Numbered from the stretch's first letter, positions 12,350 to 26,077 are shown. The stretch: 64,000 bases of DNA from Octopus vulgaris (GCA_951406725.2 OX597830.1:40424001-40488000), one strand, 5' to 3'. The notes: generated by a model not told the origin, from the sequence alone. Numbers and translations are program-made.

Positions 12350-12494
12350 TGCTGATACCAAGTCATTTTCAATGGAGAATAATGGCTGATGCAAGGAGTA
12401 TTGGAGTTTACTTAATTATCAGCATATTACTTTCTTGAAACCAATTGAATGAGTTTTGCTTTATTTCTTTCAGATTCCCCATTTGCATCAAATG

Positions 12495-13750
12495 TCATGG
12501 TGCATGAAGACATTTGATGCAAATCATATTTGCTGAGGAGAAGCCAATTCATGTGTGCAAAGACACAGAAAAACCATTTGGTCCTTGCCAGTAAGTAACT
12601 TAACAAGGTTAAAAGCCCTCGTGAACATGGCATGCTTTGATTCTTCTCTGATGATAAACACTTTGATCAAGACCAAAATTCAAGACAAGAGAAACGAAAG
12701 CTGATTATGTGCAGACCCTCCTGATGTCACTAGAGTGATTCACACAAAGTTTCTAGCAACTATGATGGTCTTAGAGAATAATGAAGGTCATGTCATGGTC
12801 ATGCTAACTCACATCTTTTCCACTAAATCTTAGTATTAATGCTGATGAATATGTTGATGTGTTCAATGGATGAATTATGCAGTGGAAGGGGATAGGAAGT
12901 TTAACAGAATTTAGCACATATTCACAAAACCCAGGTAAGCTAAGAATGGATGTCAGACAACCTTTACATATGATCATGTAACACCATACTTGTGGTCCTC
13001 AAACTCACAAGATTTAAATCCCATGGACTACTACATTTGGAGTATTGTTTAACCCTTTTGTTACCAGATTTCTGTTGAGATATTCTGTGTATCGTTCAAT
13101 TAATTTTAAATATAACAAAGAATTTAGTAAAGTAACTTAGTTGTCATTAAGCTGGTGTTAGGAACATAAATTGTGACTAAGGTTTGGTGGGAGATTTTAA
13201 TTCAAAACTTTTGAAAACAAAACATTTGTACTACAGAGCGAAGGGGTTAAGAATTGTTTCTCTACTATATATTTAAACCCTTTTGTTACCATATTTCTGT
13301 TGAGATGCTCTCTGTTTCTTTCAATTCATTTTAAATATAACAAAGAATTTAGTAAAATAACTTAGTTATCATTAAGCTAGTGTTAGAAACATAAATTGCA
13401 ACTAAGGTTTGGTGGAAGATTTTAATTCAAAACTTATGAATGCAAGATGTTTGTACGAAAGAGCCAGAAGCAGTTTCAGCTGGGTTGGTAACAAAAGGTT
13501 TAAATATAACAAAGAATTTAGTAAAATAACTTAGTTATCATTAAGCTAGTGTTAGGAACATAAATTGTGACTAAGGTTTGGTGGAAGATTTTAATTTAAA
13601 ACTTATGAAAACAAGACATTTGTACTACAGAGCCAGAGGCAGTTTCAGACAGATTGGTATCAAAAGGATTAAATGGAAACTAATTCATATCATCACATCT
13701 GGTACCACATTGAAGTAGTTATCAAAGCACAAAACAGATTTATGGAATAA
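12495..13750 (+). pseudogene. Tc1/mariner (maT/DD37D-like) transposase fossil, interrupted by TTAA MITEs
   Basis: Fragments VHEDI*CKSY, FFSDDKHFDQD, HTKFLATMMVL, LWSSNSQDLNPMDYYIWSIV (WPPxSPDLNPxD). Appears to resume after 13672. Confidence 0.7.
13049..13672 (+). mobile_element. Three tandem piggyBac-type (TTAA/CCC...GGG) MITE units
   Basis: TTAACCCTTTTGTTACC...GGGGTTAA (13049-13250), second unit 13273-13503 with TIR ggtaacaaaagg, third 5'-truncated 13500-13672. An inverted copy is at ~34370-34549. Confidence 0.75.
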
Positions 13751-13836
13751 TCTCATAAGAAAGCTTAACAAGAACATGCTCAAAGATGTTTATTAAAATG
13801 CATTTGGTTCTTGTTAGATTATGTATTTATGTATGA

Positions 13837-13999
13837 GGTGTAGGCATGGCTTCGTGGTGAGAAGCTTGCTTCCCAACCACATGGTCTTGGGTTCAGTCGC
13901 ATTGCATGGCATCTTGGGCAAGTGTCTTCTACTATAGCATCAGGTTGACCAAAACCTTGTGAGTGGGTTTGGTAAATAGAAACTGAAAGAAGCCCGTCA

Positions 14000-14035
<36 letters not shown>

Positions 14036-14308
14036 TGTATATATATATATATATATATGTATATACAAACACACATATATGTATGTATATATGTATCTAG
14101 TTGTGTGTCTGTGTTTGTCATCCCACCATCGCTTGACAACTGATGTTGGTGTGTGCAGATGCCCGTCACTTAGCGGTTTGGCAAAAGAGACCGATAGAAT
14201 AAGTACTAGGCTTACAAAGAGTAAGTCCTAGGGTTGATTTATTCGACTAAAAAGCGGTGCTCCAGCATGGCCGCAGTCAAATGACTGAAACAAGTAGAAG
14301 TAAAAGAG
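13837..14308 (+). mobile_element. SINE family A, full length
   Basis: Consensus match with expanded internal ATGT/TA repeat. Confidence 0.85.
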
Positions 14309-15277
14309 CAATATGTATATACAAAATATATAAAGAAATATTATTACAGCTAAGAGAGAGACGACATATATTTTAATTAATGGTAGGAAGTTAAAAGTAA
14401 AATGAAAGAAGTTAGAGTTATTTTAAATGAGGTGGGGTGGAGCGTAGTAATAAAGGCTTGTAGTTGAAATTAGTTATATGTAAGCTACAGGCTAAAAAAA
14501 ATGTTCCAGAATAAATTAACAGATGGTTTTCGAAAATCTATAAACGATGGAGAGGTAGCTAATGTTGTGTGATGGTGTAGAGTTAGAGAGGCTGCTCTTA
14601 TACATTTATGCATTTAGAAATTAGTTTATGAAGAGACAGAGAGAAGAGTTAAAAATGAGGATGGAGAAAAGAAAGAAGATGAGAGAATATGTGTCGTGAA
14701 CTTAACAGTGTTTGTGTAAGCGAATTAAAAATATTATTGCAAATCTGTTTATGAGGTATTATCATATAGTAATATACGTATATGAGATTATATATTTCAT
14801 AAAAAAATTTTTTTTTAATAAAAATAACACTTGTGATAGTTTACTGAGAATTTCATGAGATTTACAGATTTACTTAGTTCGAAAACCAGATCGAGATAGA
14901 AATAAATATACGAATAAATAAGACTTAAAAGTAATTTAAAATAGGAAATTAAATCTATGGCGAGATGGATATGTAATATTTGAGAGTCTACTTTTATTCT
15001 GCATTATAATTGCATGCACATGCATGCATTTGTATATGTAGATGTATATATATAAGTGTGCATGTGTGTGTGTGTGTAGCTATCAGCGTAGGTGTGTATA
15101 TATGTAAACGGACACACACAAACACACGCATACACATATACATAGTCTGTTTTGGGGTGTACGTATTTATGAATGTAGGCATCCAGGTTTGTTTGCACAT
15201 TCATTGTGCTTTTATGTATATAGATCCACACATATATTTCTTTTGTGCATGTGGTTGTGTATATATGTGTGTGTGTG

Positions 15278-15331
<54 letters not shown>

Positions 15332-15454
15332 TCTATGTATGTATATACACATACATTTACAAATAGGCACAGGTGTAACTATACAGTGAGGAAGTTTACT
15401 TCCCAATAACCCTGTTTCAGGTTCAATCCCACAGTGTTTGTAAGTATGTTCTTT

Positions 15455-15822
15455 CATTCTTTAACTTGTTTCAGTCATTTGACTGTGGCCATGCTGGAGC
15501 ACTGCCTTTAGTCGAACAAATCGACCCCAGGATTTATTCTTTGTAAGCCTAGCACTTATTCCAAATTGCTAAGTTACAGGGACGTAAACACACCAACATC
15601 GGTTGTCAAGCAATGTTAAGAGCACAAACACACACACACACACACACACACGTGTACATGACAGGCTTCTTTCAGTCTCCATCTACCAAATTCACTCACA
15701 AGGCTATGGTCAGTCAGAGGCTATAGTGGAAAACATTTGCCCAAAGTGCCACACAGTGGGACTGAACCCAGAGCCATGTGGTTGGAAAGCAAGTTTCTTA
15801 CCACACAGCTACTCCTGTGCCA
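15455..15822 (-). mobile_element. SINE family A
   Basis: Consensus match. Confidence 0.8.
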
Positions 15823-16835
15823 CTTGCACACCAATCCATTGCAAAGTTACTCGTTTACAGCTGAGTGGACTGGGGCAATGTGAAATGAAGTGTTTTGCTT
15901 AAGAACACAAAGTATGGCTGGTCTGGGAATTGAAACCATGAACTCATAGTCGTGAATGCAACACTCTAACCACTGGGTATACCATGTCATGTCATAAGCA
16001 ACAGCTAAAAAGATTGGCAGCAGAAAGGTTATCCAGCCATAAAGCATGTCTATCTATTAATGCCAACTTATACACAAATATCTCAGGTTATATATTTTTA
16101 TATACATCTCCCTGTAACTTTGGTGTATGCCCTCATCGCATCTTCATCTTCTCATCTCTTTCCTCCCTCTCTTTCCTTCCTCTTTCACTCTCCTCTCTCT
16201 CCCTCTTCCTCCTCACATGCGGAAGCCATGTTTCTTCTCTACTGCAAGACATCTATTTCTGACCCTCAGTACAACTCACTCATGCCTCAGTTGAGGAGTC
16301 TGGTCTTGCAAGATATTTGGTGACCTCAAAGGTGCTGGTGCCATGTAAAAAGCACCTGGTACCCTCTGTAAAACAGTTGTCATTAGAAAGAGTATCTGGC
16401 AGTAGAATCCATTCCAAAGTAGACAGCAGAGCTTGATGCTGTCTTCTGACTCACCACATCCTGTGGAACAATCCAACCCATTCCAACTTCTGCTTATTCT
16501 TCCTATCTGTCTAACCATTATTTGAATCATGAGTCAATTCAAATATTAATTTCTGTAAACATAACAACTATATGTATTCATTTTCCTTTCTACTGATTTG
16601 CTATAGGTACAAGACCTGAAACTTTGGTGGAGAGGACCAGACAATTATATATCTACCCTAGGGCTCAAGAGATACTAATTTAATTGATCCTGAAAAGCTG
16701 AAAGGTGAAGTCAACTTCAATGGAATCTCAACTCAGAAGAAGCATTTTTCCTGACACACTAATAATTCTCCAAGCTTCATAGATGGAAACTGTGTGGAAG
16801 ACAATTGTGTGTGAGTGTGTGTGTGAGTATGTGTT

Positions 16836-16921
<86 letters not shown>

Positions 16922-16957
16922 TACATATATTTTAAGAGGTCTTGAGCGAGCAGGTTT

Positions 16958-17020
16958 TGGGATCTGACGATACACCATAAAGCTAAACCCTTTATGGACG
17001 GGAAACCTAAGGTAATCACA
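16958..17020 (+). ncRNA. Type I hammerhead ribozyme motif within short repeat 16928-17045
   Basis: tgggat CTGACGA t-aca-ccataaag-ctaaacc-ctttatgg-acgg GAAAC CTAAG GTA atcaca. Intact core, stem III ACC-taa-GGT, GUA triplet. Confidence 0.7.
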
Positions 17021-17043
17021 TAAACCAGCCTTCCCCATTTTCA

Positions 17044-17077
<34 letters not shown>

Positions 17078-17085
17078 ATATATAT

Positions 17086-18954
17086 CATGACCAGTAAATT
17101 CCACTCAGAAAATTGCACTATAAGTAAAATTCACTGCAGCATATTTAACTAAGGTAAATTCAACTACAGTAAACGGTCTATAGAAAACTAATTACACATT
17201 TCTCAACTAATTAGTCATTAGCTAAAGTATAAGTTTATGCCATTGTTACTCAATTTTTAATTGAATTTCACTGTACTGCTAATTTTTTTCTGTTCAGTTT
17301 AACTTTGAACTTTGAAACCCTCAACCATGGCAACATTTATAATATCAGAGAAGAACAAAGGTAAGTTTTGTGACAAAGAGAATCATATATATGTAAAGTA
17401 TATTGGCATCGTAAACATTTTTACAAAGGTTGCCAGGCTAGACTACGTACAACTTTCAACTCCAGTATACCAGAAGTTATTTTTTCAACAGGCTTCCATA
17501 ATCACTCAGCAAGCAGTGCATACATTAATGCCCGAAAGGCAGTTAATTCAATGAAAAGTGAAGTAGTGAGAACAGGCACAGTATCTTCATGGGAAGTAAT
17601 AGCTGCTGCCGTACAAAATCTCGATGAGGAAGCACAATTATTGTTGCAAAGTATTCCTGGATTTTCTCATAACAGACGTAACTGGAGGCAGCATGCTTTA
17701 GGAATCCCAGCATTTCTAACTTGATGTTCAGGGTTTGAAATTCCTGATGCAGTTAAGTACTTAGAAAATGGGTCCTTGTTTTTGGTCTTTGACAGTGGCA
17801 TTGGTGCCTCGGACAGAATTTTTGTTTTTTCCTCAGAAAAAGGACTGGATGATCTAGAAAGCTCTGAAAATTGGGCCTGTGATGGGACTTTTAAGGTGTC
17901 TTCTAGTTTGTGGTGTCAGCTTTTCAGGCTACGTATCATCATTGGAGGGTCAAGTGTGCCCAGGTTAATTGCCTTACTTCTTGACAAATAAGAATCCTCA
18001 TATCATCGTGTTCTGTCTGCTGTGTGGGATTTAAGGGCAAATTGTTGACCTGTGACCTATTTCATGGACTTTGAAAAAGCTCTCCATTATTCATTTGTTT
18101 CTGTATTTCCGCATATAGAAGTAGTTGGGTGTGTTTTTCATCTCAGACAGTATATTTGGTGGAAAATATGTGCACTTGGTGAGAGTAGGAGATACAACAT
18201 GGATGAAAGTTTTCAGCTTAAAATTAAGTGTTTTTGCACTCTAGCATTTTTACCAATTGAAGGCGTTGTCAATGGAGTTAAAGATTTGTCTGACGATGAA
18301 AGCATCCCTTCTGAGTTTATCACTTATTTTGAGAATTCATACATTGAGACTGTAAAGGGACGTGGTCTTCGTTTATGAAGAGAAACCCCACAATTTCTTA
18401 TCCAACTCTGGAATATGAATGACTGCATTTTAAATGACTTGCCAAGAGCAAATAATTTGGTAGAAGGGTTCCACAACACTTTGCAGTCATCAATAACATC
18501 CACACATCCAAATTTTTGGAAACTTTGCAATACTCTTCAGACTAAAGTAGGCTTAAGCCAGATGAAAATTGCACACATTCAACATGGGGGTTGAAAACAA
18601 AAAAAAAAAAAAAAAAAAAAATGAAATGATTGATGCATGATTAAGAAGCTAGTTGGAAATTATCAGACTGAAAAATTTCTAAGAAATATTGCACACAATT
18701 TGTCAGAAAAGAATCTTCTTCAAATATAATAACTTTTTTTCATAACTTTATTTTTATGTACTCACCATCATTTTTATGCAAATATGTGAATAAAATGTGA
18801 GCTAAAATGTATTCATATTCTTTATCCATTTTTATGTACTTGCCATCATTTTTATCTTAATGTGTGAATAAAATGTGATCTAAAATGTATTTATATTACC
18901 TATAATGAAATTTATTGTCAGGGTATTTACTGTAGTGGAATTTACCTAGAACCC
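17086..18954 (+). mobile_element. Mutator-like (MULE) DNA transposon inserted in a (TA)n tract
   Basis: Inverted termini built of gtaaattccactacag-like subrepeats. (TA)n on both flanks. Encloses a MULE transposase pseudogene. Confidence 0.8.
17327..18730 (+). pseudogene. MULE transposase pseudogene
   Basis: WACDGTFK, YFMDFEKAL, GCVFHLRQ (CxxH), LPRANNLVEGFHN, HPNFWK. Several in-frame stops and frameshifts. Confidence 0.88.
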
Positions 18955-19030
<76 letters not shown>

Positions 19031-19112
19031 ATGTATATGTATATACATATATATATATATATATATATGTATATGTGTCATCATCATCATTTAACGTCCG
19101 CTTTCCATGCTA

Positions 19113-19226
<114 letters not shown>

Positions 19227-19494
19227 TCATCACCATCATTGTTTAACGTCCGCTTTCCATGCTAGCATGGGTTGGACGATTTGACTGAGGACTGGTGAAC
19301 CAGATGGCTGCACCAGGCTCCAATCTGGTAGAGTTTCTACAGCTGTAAGTCAACTTCGGTGGAATTTGAACCCAGAATGCAAAACTGGAAGAAATACCAC
19401 TAAGCATTTTTACCAAAGCAATAACATTAGTCCCAGCTTGTTGCTTTATATATATATATTTATATATATATATATATATATATATTCTTTTATT

Positions 19495-19695
19495 GTTTAG
19501 CTTGTTTCAGTCACTTTGACTGTGGCCATGCTGGAGCACTGCCTTTAATCGAACAAATTGACCCCAGGACTTTTTTTTTTAAGCCTAGAACTTATTCTAT
19601 CGCTCTCTAACCGCTAAGTTATGGGGACGTAAACACACCAACATCAGTTGTCAAGTGATGGTGGGGAGGTTACAAACAAAGACACACAAATACGT

Positions 19696-19744
<49 letters not shown>

Positions 19745-19895
19745 TACATCGATATATATATACATATGACAGGCTTCTTTCAGTTTCCATCTACCAAATC
19801 CACTCACAAGGCTATAGTAGAAATCACTTGCCCTAGGTGCCACACAGTGGGACTGAACCCAGAACCATGTGGTTGGGAAGCATGTTTCTTACTAC
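19495..19895 (-). mobile_element. SINE family A
   Basis: Consensus match. Confidence 0.8.
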
Positions 19896-20240
19896 ACAAT
19901 TTCTTACTGCAACAATGCAGCTCTACACATTCGCATATAACTCCACTTCTTTCCCATTTTTTTTCTACCAAGCCTTTTCTTATTTCACCCTGCTTGCAGC
20001 TAATTCAATGCCGACTAATTTCAGATTATTTAATTTTGCACATAAAATATTACAGTTTATCTCCCCTTAATTTCATTAATTTCCCACAGATGGCATTTCC
20101 CACTAATATCCGTTTTAGTTCAGTTGCTATTCTGTTCCAAGATATGATTTTTTTTTCCCTACCTTCTGTACTTTTATATACATACATATATATATATGTG
20201 TATATGCGTGTGTATATATATATGTATGTATATCTATAAC

Positions 20241-20288
<48 letters not shown>

Positions 20289-20784
20289 TATACGTATGTA
20301 TGTAATTATATATAATTTTGGCTATAAACTTTCAATATTTATACATATCTCCACAAATTAATTTCCTATCTTAAATTACTTTAAAATCTTTATTTACATT
20401 TTCATCAGTTAATTTATATCTACAAAAATCTCATTGAAATCTCTGAAGACTACAATAAGATCTGTTTAATATTAATCTCATATACATACATATATTACTA
20501 TATCACAATATTAGATAAAAACGCTTAGATTAATATTTAATTTGCTTTCACAAACCCCATTTAGTGCATGACATATTCCCCCCACCCTTTCTTTTTCTCG
20601 TCCCTATACTTATCTTTTCTCTCCTTCTTTAGAAGAGTCTGATGCTTAAATGTTTAGGTTTATAAGAGTTACGTCCCTTATTTTACCCTCTCGTTCAACA
20701 TTTGCTCACCTTCACAATTCTGTGATTTTGAAAAGCATTGATTAATTGATTCTGTTTTCTTTTTCTTTTTAGCTATAAAGCACT

Positions 20785-21144
20785 GTCATGGCTGTGTGGT
20801 TAAGAGGCTCACTTTGCAACCACATGGTTTCAGGTTCAGTCCCATGGCATGGCACCTTGGACAAAGTGTCTTCTACTATAACCGAGTGAACTAATGCCAT
20901 GTAAGTGATTGTGGGAGACGTAAACTTTATGGAAGTATGTCATATGTGTTTGTGTGCATTAGTGTCTGTGTTTGTCCCCCCTCTACCATTTAACCGGTGT
21001 TGGTGTGTTTACATCCCCAATAGAATCAGTACTAGGCTTAAAAAGAAAAATAGTACTGAGGTTAATACATTCAAATAAAAATTCTTCAAGGAGGTGCCCC
21101 AGCCAGGTTGCAGTCTAAAGACTGAAATAAGTAAAAGATAAAAA
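20785..21144 (+). mobile_element. SINE family A, diverged
   Basis: Consensus match. Confidence 0.7.
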
Positions 21145-21179
21145 GTGTGTGTGTGTGTGTATGAGAATCGTCTAAAAAA

Positions 21180-21390
21180 CATAAATCCAAAAGAAGAAGC
21201 ACACTCTAAGACATAGAGTAGTATATATTAAAAAAGAGGGAAGGCCAGTTTATGGGATTACCTTAGGTTTCCTGTCCATAAAGGGTTTAGCTTTATGGCG
21301 TATTGTCAGATCCCAAAACCTGTTGGCCCAAGACCTCTTAAAAATATTTTATGGTAATCCCATAAACTGGCCTTCTTCAGTTTTAATATG
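21180..21390 (-). mobile_element. Hammerhead-bearing short element (HHR 21253-21315, G8A) with inverted tail duplication
   Basis: Reverse complement of 16928-17045: tgggat CTGACAA ... GAAAC CTAAG GTA atccca. An inverted copy ggtaatcccataaactggccttc starts at 21353. Confidence 0.7.
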
Positions 21391-21670
21391 TATACATATG
21401 TATGTGTGTGTGTGTGTGTGTGTGTGTGAATGTCTCTTCAATTTTTTCATCTTTATAAATCTTCCATTGAGAAGGGAGCCGGTTTCCAACAAAGATATAA
21501 AGCTCCATCTTTGGGATGTAGTTAACACAGACAAATTCACATTTGGAACTTGAGAAATGTCTTGCATATTTTTACTGTTCCATTCACAGATTGCACTTGC
21601 AATGTACAAATTAGTCGGTTGGTTTTCTATCCCAGTTCATCCAGATTCTAATGCATGTATGTATGTATGT

Positions 21671-22113
21671 ATTATGAAGGATAGCAGGATCCCTAAGCAG
21701 ATGTTGTATGGGAAACTTGTGAATAGAAAGAGACACCGGCAGAAACCAAGGCTGCAATTTAAGGACTGTGTCAAGTCCTCATTAAAGGCCTGTGATATTC
21801 AGGAAACTGACTGGGAGAGCAATGCTTGTCATCACCACAGATGGAGGTAGCAGGTTAAGGAGGGGGTCGACACCTTTGAGAGAGCACGTATTCTGCTTGA
21901 AAAACTTAAATGTGCTGCTCGAAAGTGTACTGCTGGTATAGTGAATGGGGAAAAGCTTGGTTTGCAATGTTTGCAGTCATTAATGCTTGTCCAGAGCAGG
22001 GCACATTAGCCACCAATGGAGCCACAAATGCAAAATATAAGTTAGTCCTAGAGCGCACAATGTTTCTGAAGGTCAGCAATGATCTCACGCAGTCACAAGT
22101 GGACAGCCATCAT
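21671..22113 (+). mobile_element. RTE-clade LINE 3' fragment
   Basis: MKDSRIPKQMLYGKL...KPRLQFKDCVKSSLK...W...RWR, then C-terminal CxxC...H; typical RTE/BovB ORF end. Flanked by ATGT repeats. Confidence 0.85.
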
Positions 22114-23789
22114 ATATTGTGTATGTACGTAAATAAAATAGGCTTTTTTCAGTTTCTGTCAACCAAATCTGCTCACAAAGCTGATGTTGGCCCAGGTCTA
22201 TAGTAAAAGACATTTGGCCAAGGTGCCATGCAGTCTGATTGACCCCAGGCCCACATGGGAAACATTATAAACACATCCCCATAGCCATACCTGCGCCCAG
22301 TTGTGTCTACAAATAGACTAACAAAGGAGATCTTCCAGTTAAGATGTCAGAGTATGGTATGAGATTTGGCTGCTGTTTCTAGCAAGTCAGGCAACCATGA
22401 AGAGACTCGTTCATCGACTCTACAGCAACTGGGGTTTTTGTGAATGGAAGGAAGGAAGGAAGGAATGAAAGAAGAAAGAGAAAAACAAAGAATGAAACAA
22501 AGACAGAAAGAAAGAATGAACGGGAAGAAGGAAAGAAAGAAACACAGTAAGAAAGAAGGGAGAAAAAGAAAGATAGAAAGGAACAAAAAAAGCATGAGAA
22601 AGAGAAAGAGAGAGAGAGAATAAAGACACAGAAGCTAATCCCTTTACTTTCTGTTGGAATGTTAAATTATTTAACCACCCCAATAGACACATACATATCT
22701 ATCATAAACACACATACTCACACACACACACATATACAAAATACAGACACACACGCATATATACGCTGACCCTCTAAAAATACTAAAATTCTATAATAGT
22801 CACGAAATGATATTGAGAGCAGCCTGTGGCCATTTTCGCATCATTACTTGAATATCATATTACTGACAGAGACAGAATTAATAACAGGTAAAATTTAATT
22901 TCAGAGTTCAAGTGAAGACTTATTGCACCAGAATTTTACTCTTTTACTCTTTTGGCACAAAAATAGTTGTTGGCATCATCTAAGAAACATATGGATTCCC
23001 AAAGGGGAAAAGGTAAAAGAAAAAAGAAAAAAAATTTCCTTATTGATAAAAAGATATAGATCTACATTGATATAAGTTCCAAAAAGCAGGAAGTCTAAGA
23101 AAATTTCTCAATAATAATAATAATAGTAATAATAATAATCATCATCATCATCATCATCATCGTTTAACGTCCGCTTTCCATGCTAGCATGGGTTGGACAT
23201 TTTGACGGAAACTGGCAAACCAGATGGCTGCACCAGGCTCCAATCCGATCTGGCAGAGTTTCTACAGCTGGATGCCCTTCCTAACACCAACCACTCCGAG
23301 AGTGTAGTGGGTGCTTTTATGTGCCACCAGTATGGGGGCCAGTCAGGTGGTACTGGCAACAGCCATGCTCAAGTGGTGTTTTTTCATGCCACGAGCACAG
23401 CAGCCAGTCCAGCGGCACTGGCAATGACCTTGCTTGAATATTTTTCATGTGCCAATAAGGCAACGCTAGTAACGATCAGGTTTGAATAGTGCTTTTTACG
23501 TGCCACCAGCACTGAAGCCAGTCAACTGCTCTGGTAGTGATCACACTCGGATGGTGCTCTTATCGCTCAACTAGCACAGGTGCCAGTTATCAAATTTGCG
23601 AATTTGATTTGATTTCGATTTCACTTGCCTCAACAGGTCTTCGCAAGCAGAGTTTAGTGTCCAATGTAGGAAAGGTATGCATAAGTGGGCTGGTTACACC
23701 CCTGGCATAGGCCAAAGATTATAGTCTCACATGGCTTGCCGGGTCTTCTCACGCACTGCATATTTCCAAAGATCTCAGTCACTAGTCAT

Positions 23790-23990
23790 GGCACAAGGCC
23801 CAGAATTTTAAGGGAGCGGGATAGTCAATCACATCAATTGCAGTATTTGACTGGTACTTAATTTATTTATCCCGAAAAGATGAAAAGCAAAGTTGACCTT
23901 GGCAGAATTTGAACTCAGAATGTAGTGATGGGTGAATACTGCTAAGAATTTCACCCAGCATGCTAATGATTCTGCCAGCTTGCTACCTTA

Positions 23991-24085
<95 letters not shown>

Positions 24086-24331
24086 TAATAATAATAATAA
24101 TAATAATGATAACAATAATAATGACAATCCTTTCTATTATAGGCAAGAGGCCTGAAATTTTGTGGGGAGGAGGGCCAGTCGATTAGAACGACTCCAGTGT
24201 TCCACTGGTACTTAATTTATTGGCCCCGAAAGGATGAAATAGAAAGGTCAAGTCAACCTCAGCCACTAAGAATTTCACCAGGCATGCTAGCAATTCTGCC
24301 AGCTCACCACCTTAAATAATAATAACAACAA

Positions 24332-24370
<39 letters not shown>

Positions 24371-24814
24371 CAATAATAATAATAATAATAATCCTTTCTG
24401 CTTTAAGCACAAGACCAGAAAATTTGTGGGAGGAGGTAAGTCAATCACATCAACCCCAGTGCATGACTGGTACTTAATTATCGACCTCAAAAGGATGAAA
24501 GGCAAAGTCGATCTCAAAGGAATCTGAACTCAAAACATAAAGACAAATGAAATACCGCTAAGCATTTTGCCCAGTGTACTAACAATAATAATAATAATCC
24601 TTTCTAATATAGGCACAAGGCCTGAAATTTGTGGGGAGCGGGTAAGTCAACGACATCAATCCCAATGCTCAAATGGTACTTAATTTATCAACTGCAAAAG
24701 GGATGACAGGCAGAGTCAACCTCATCAGAATTTGAGCTCAGAACATAAAGAAAGACGAAATACTGGTATGCATTTCGTCCCATGTGCTAACAATTCTGCC
24801 AGCTTACCACCTTA
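23790..24814 (-). mobile_element. Array of four SINE family B copies separated by (AAT)n
   Basis: Copies ~23790-23990, 24127-24314, 24390-24585, 24597-24814. Confidence 0.8.
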
Positions 24815-24844
24815 ATAATAATATTTAAAATAATGATAATAGTA

Positions 24845-25993
24845 AACCCTACTCTGTATGGAATTACATGGTCAGTTCCATCATGAAACCAACAAATTAA
24901 AAGACTAGGAAGCATCATGAAGCTGGCTCAACAAGGGTGACCTAAAAAAGAATACTGAAAGCCTAATCATCGCTGCCCAGGACCAGGCATTGAATACCAA
25001 CTCAGTGAAAAATAATATATATAACACAAGTGCATCGGACCTCTGCAGAATGTGTGGGAAGAAGGTTGAAAGTGTGACTCACATTGCTAGTGCTTGTGAA
25101 AGTCTTGCGCAGAAAGAATACAAGCGTAGACACAACAAGGTAGCCCAAAACCTCCACTGGCTACTATGCCATAAGTATGGATATGAGGTTACAGGTGCTT
25201 GGTACCAACATACACCGGAAAAGGTAATGTACAAAATAAGGAAGGCAAAAATCCTCTGGGATTTTGATTTCCATGCAGACAAGGTGTCAGAGCATTGAAG
25301 GCTGGATATAGTAACCTTTAGGAGAGACAAACAAGAGTGCCTAATAATTGACATGGCAGTGCCAGGAGATCAACATATCATCATGAAAGAAAGAGAAAAG
25401 GTTGATAAATATGGAGACCTGAGAATTGAGATCGCTAAGATGTGGCAACTATGAGAGTCAAACATAAAGGCTATCCCTATTGTCATTGGAGCATTGAGTT
25501 CAATACCACCCAATCTGAAAAAACATCTGAAAACCTTAGAAATACCCTACAATCTAGGCAAGAGGCCTGAAAATATTTTGGGGGAAGGGGCCAGTCGATT
25601 AGATTGACCACAGTACGCAACTGGTACTTAATTTATCGACCCCGAAAGGATGAAAGGCAAAGTCAACCTCGACAGAATTTGAATTCAAAATGTAAAGACA
25701 GACGAAATACCGCTCAGCATTTCTCCCAGTGTGCTAGTGTTTCTGCCAGCTCAACACTTTAATAAGAAGAAATATTCTTTTCTACTCTAGGCACAGGGCC
25801 CAAAATTTTGGAGGAGAGGGCCAGTCGATTAGAATGACACCAGTACACAACAGGTACTTAAGTCGGCATTACTTGGAACTGCACACATATTTCGTAAAGT
25901 ACTGTCTGTCTGAGGTCCTTGTTGTGGCTTGACAGACAGTACAAACAATATTTTCAATCAACAACCTCACAACATTGTATACTGTGTGATGTC

Positions 25994-25995
<2 letters not shown>
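24845..25995 (+). mobile_element. 5'-truncated R4/Dong-clade non-LTR retrotransposon (CCHC + restriction-like endonuclease), interrupted at 25556-25861
   Basis: LIIAAQDQALNT, CRMCGKKVESVTHIASAC, ILWDF...LDIV...IIDMAVP...KVDKY, PIVIGALS, then after the insert KSALLGTAHIFRKVLSV*. Ends directly in (AAT)n. Confidence 0.88.
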
Positions 25996-26058
<63 letters not shown>

Positions 26059-26077
26059 TGATGATGATGATAATAAT

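Noticed and set aside
21430-21650. Possible additional hammerhead (GAAACCGG on minus strand)
   Set aside because: No CUGANGA-like core or stem I found.
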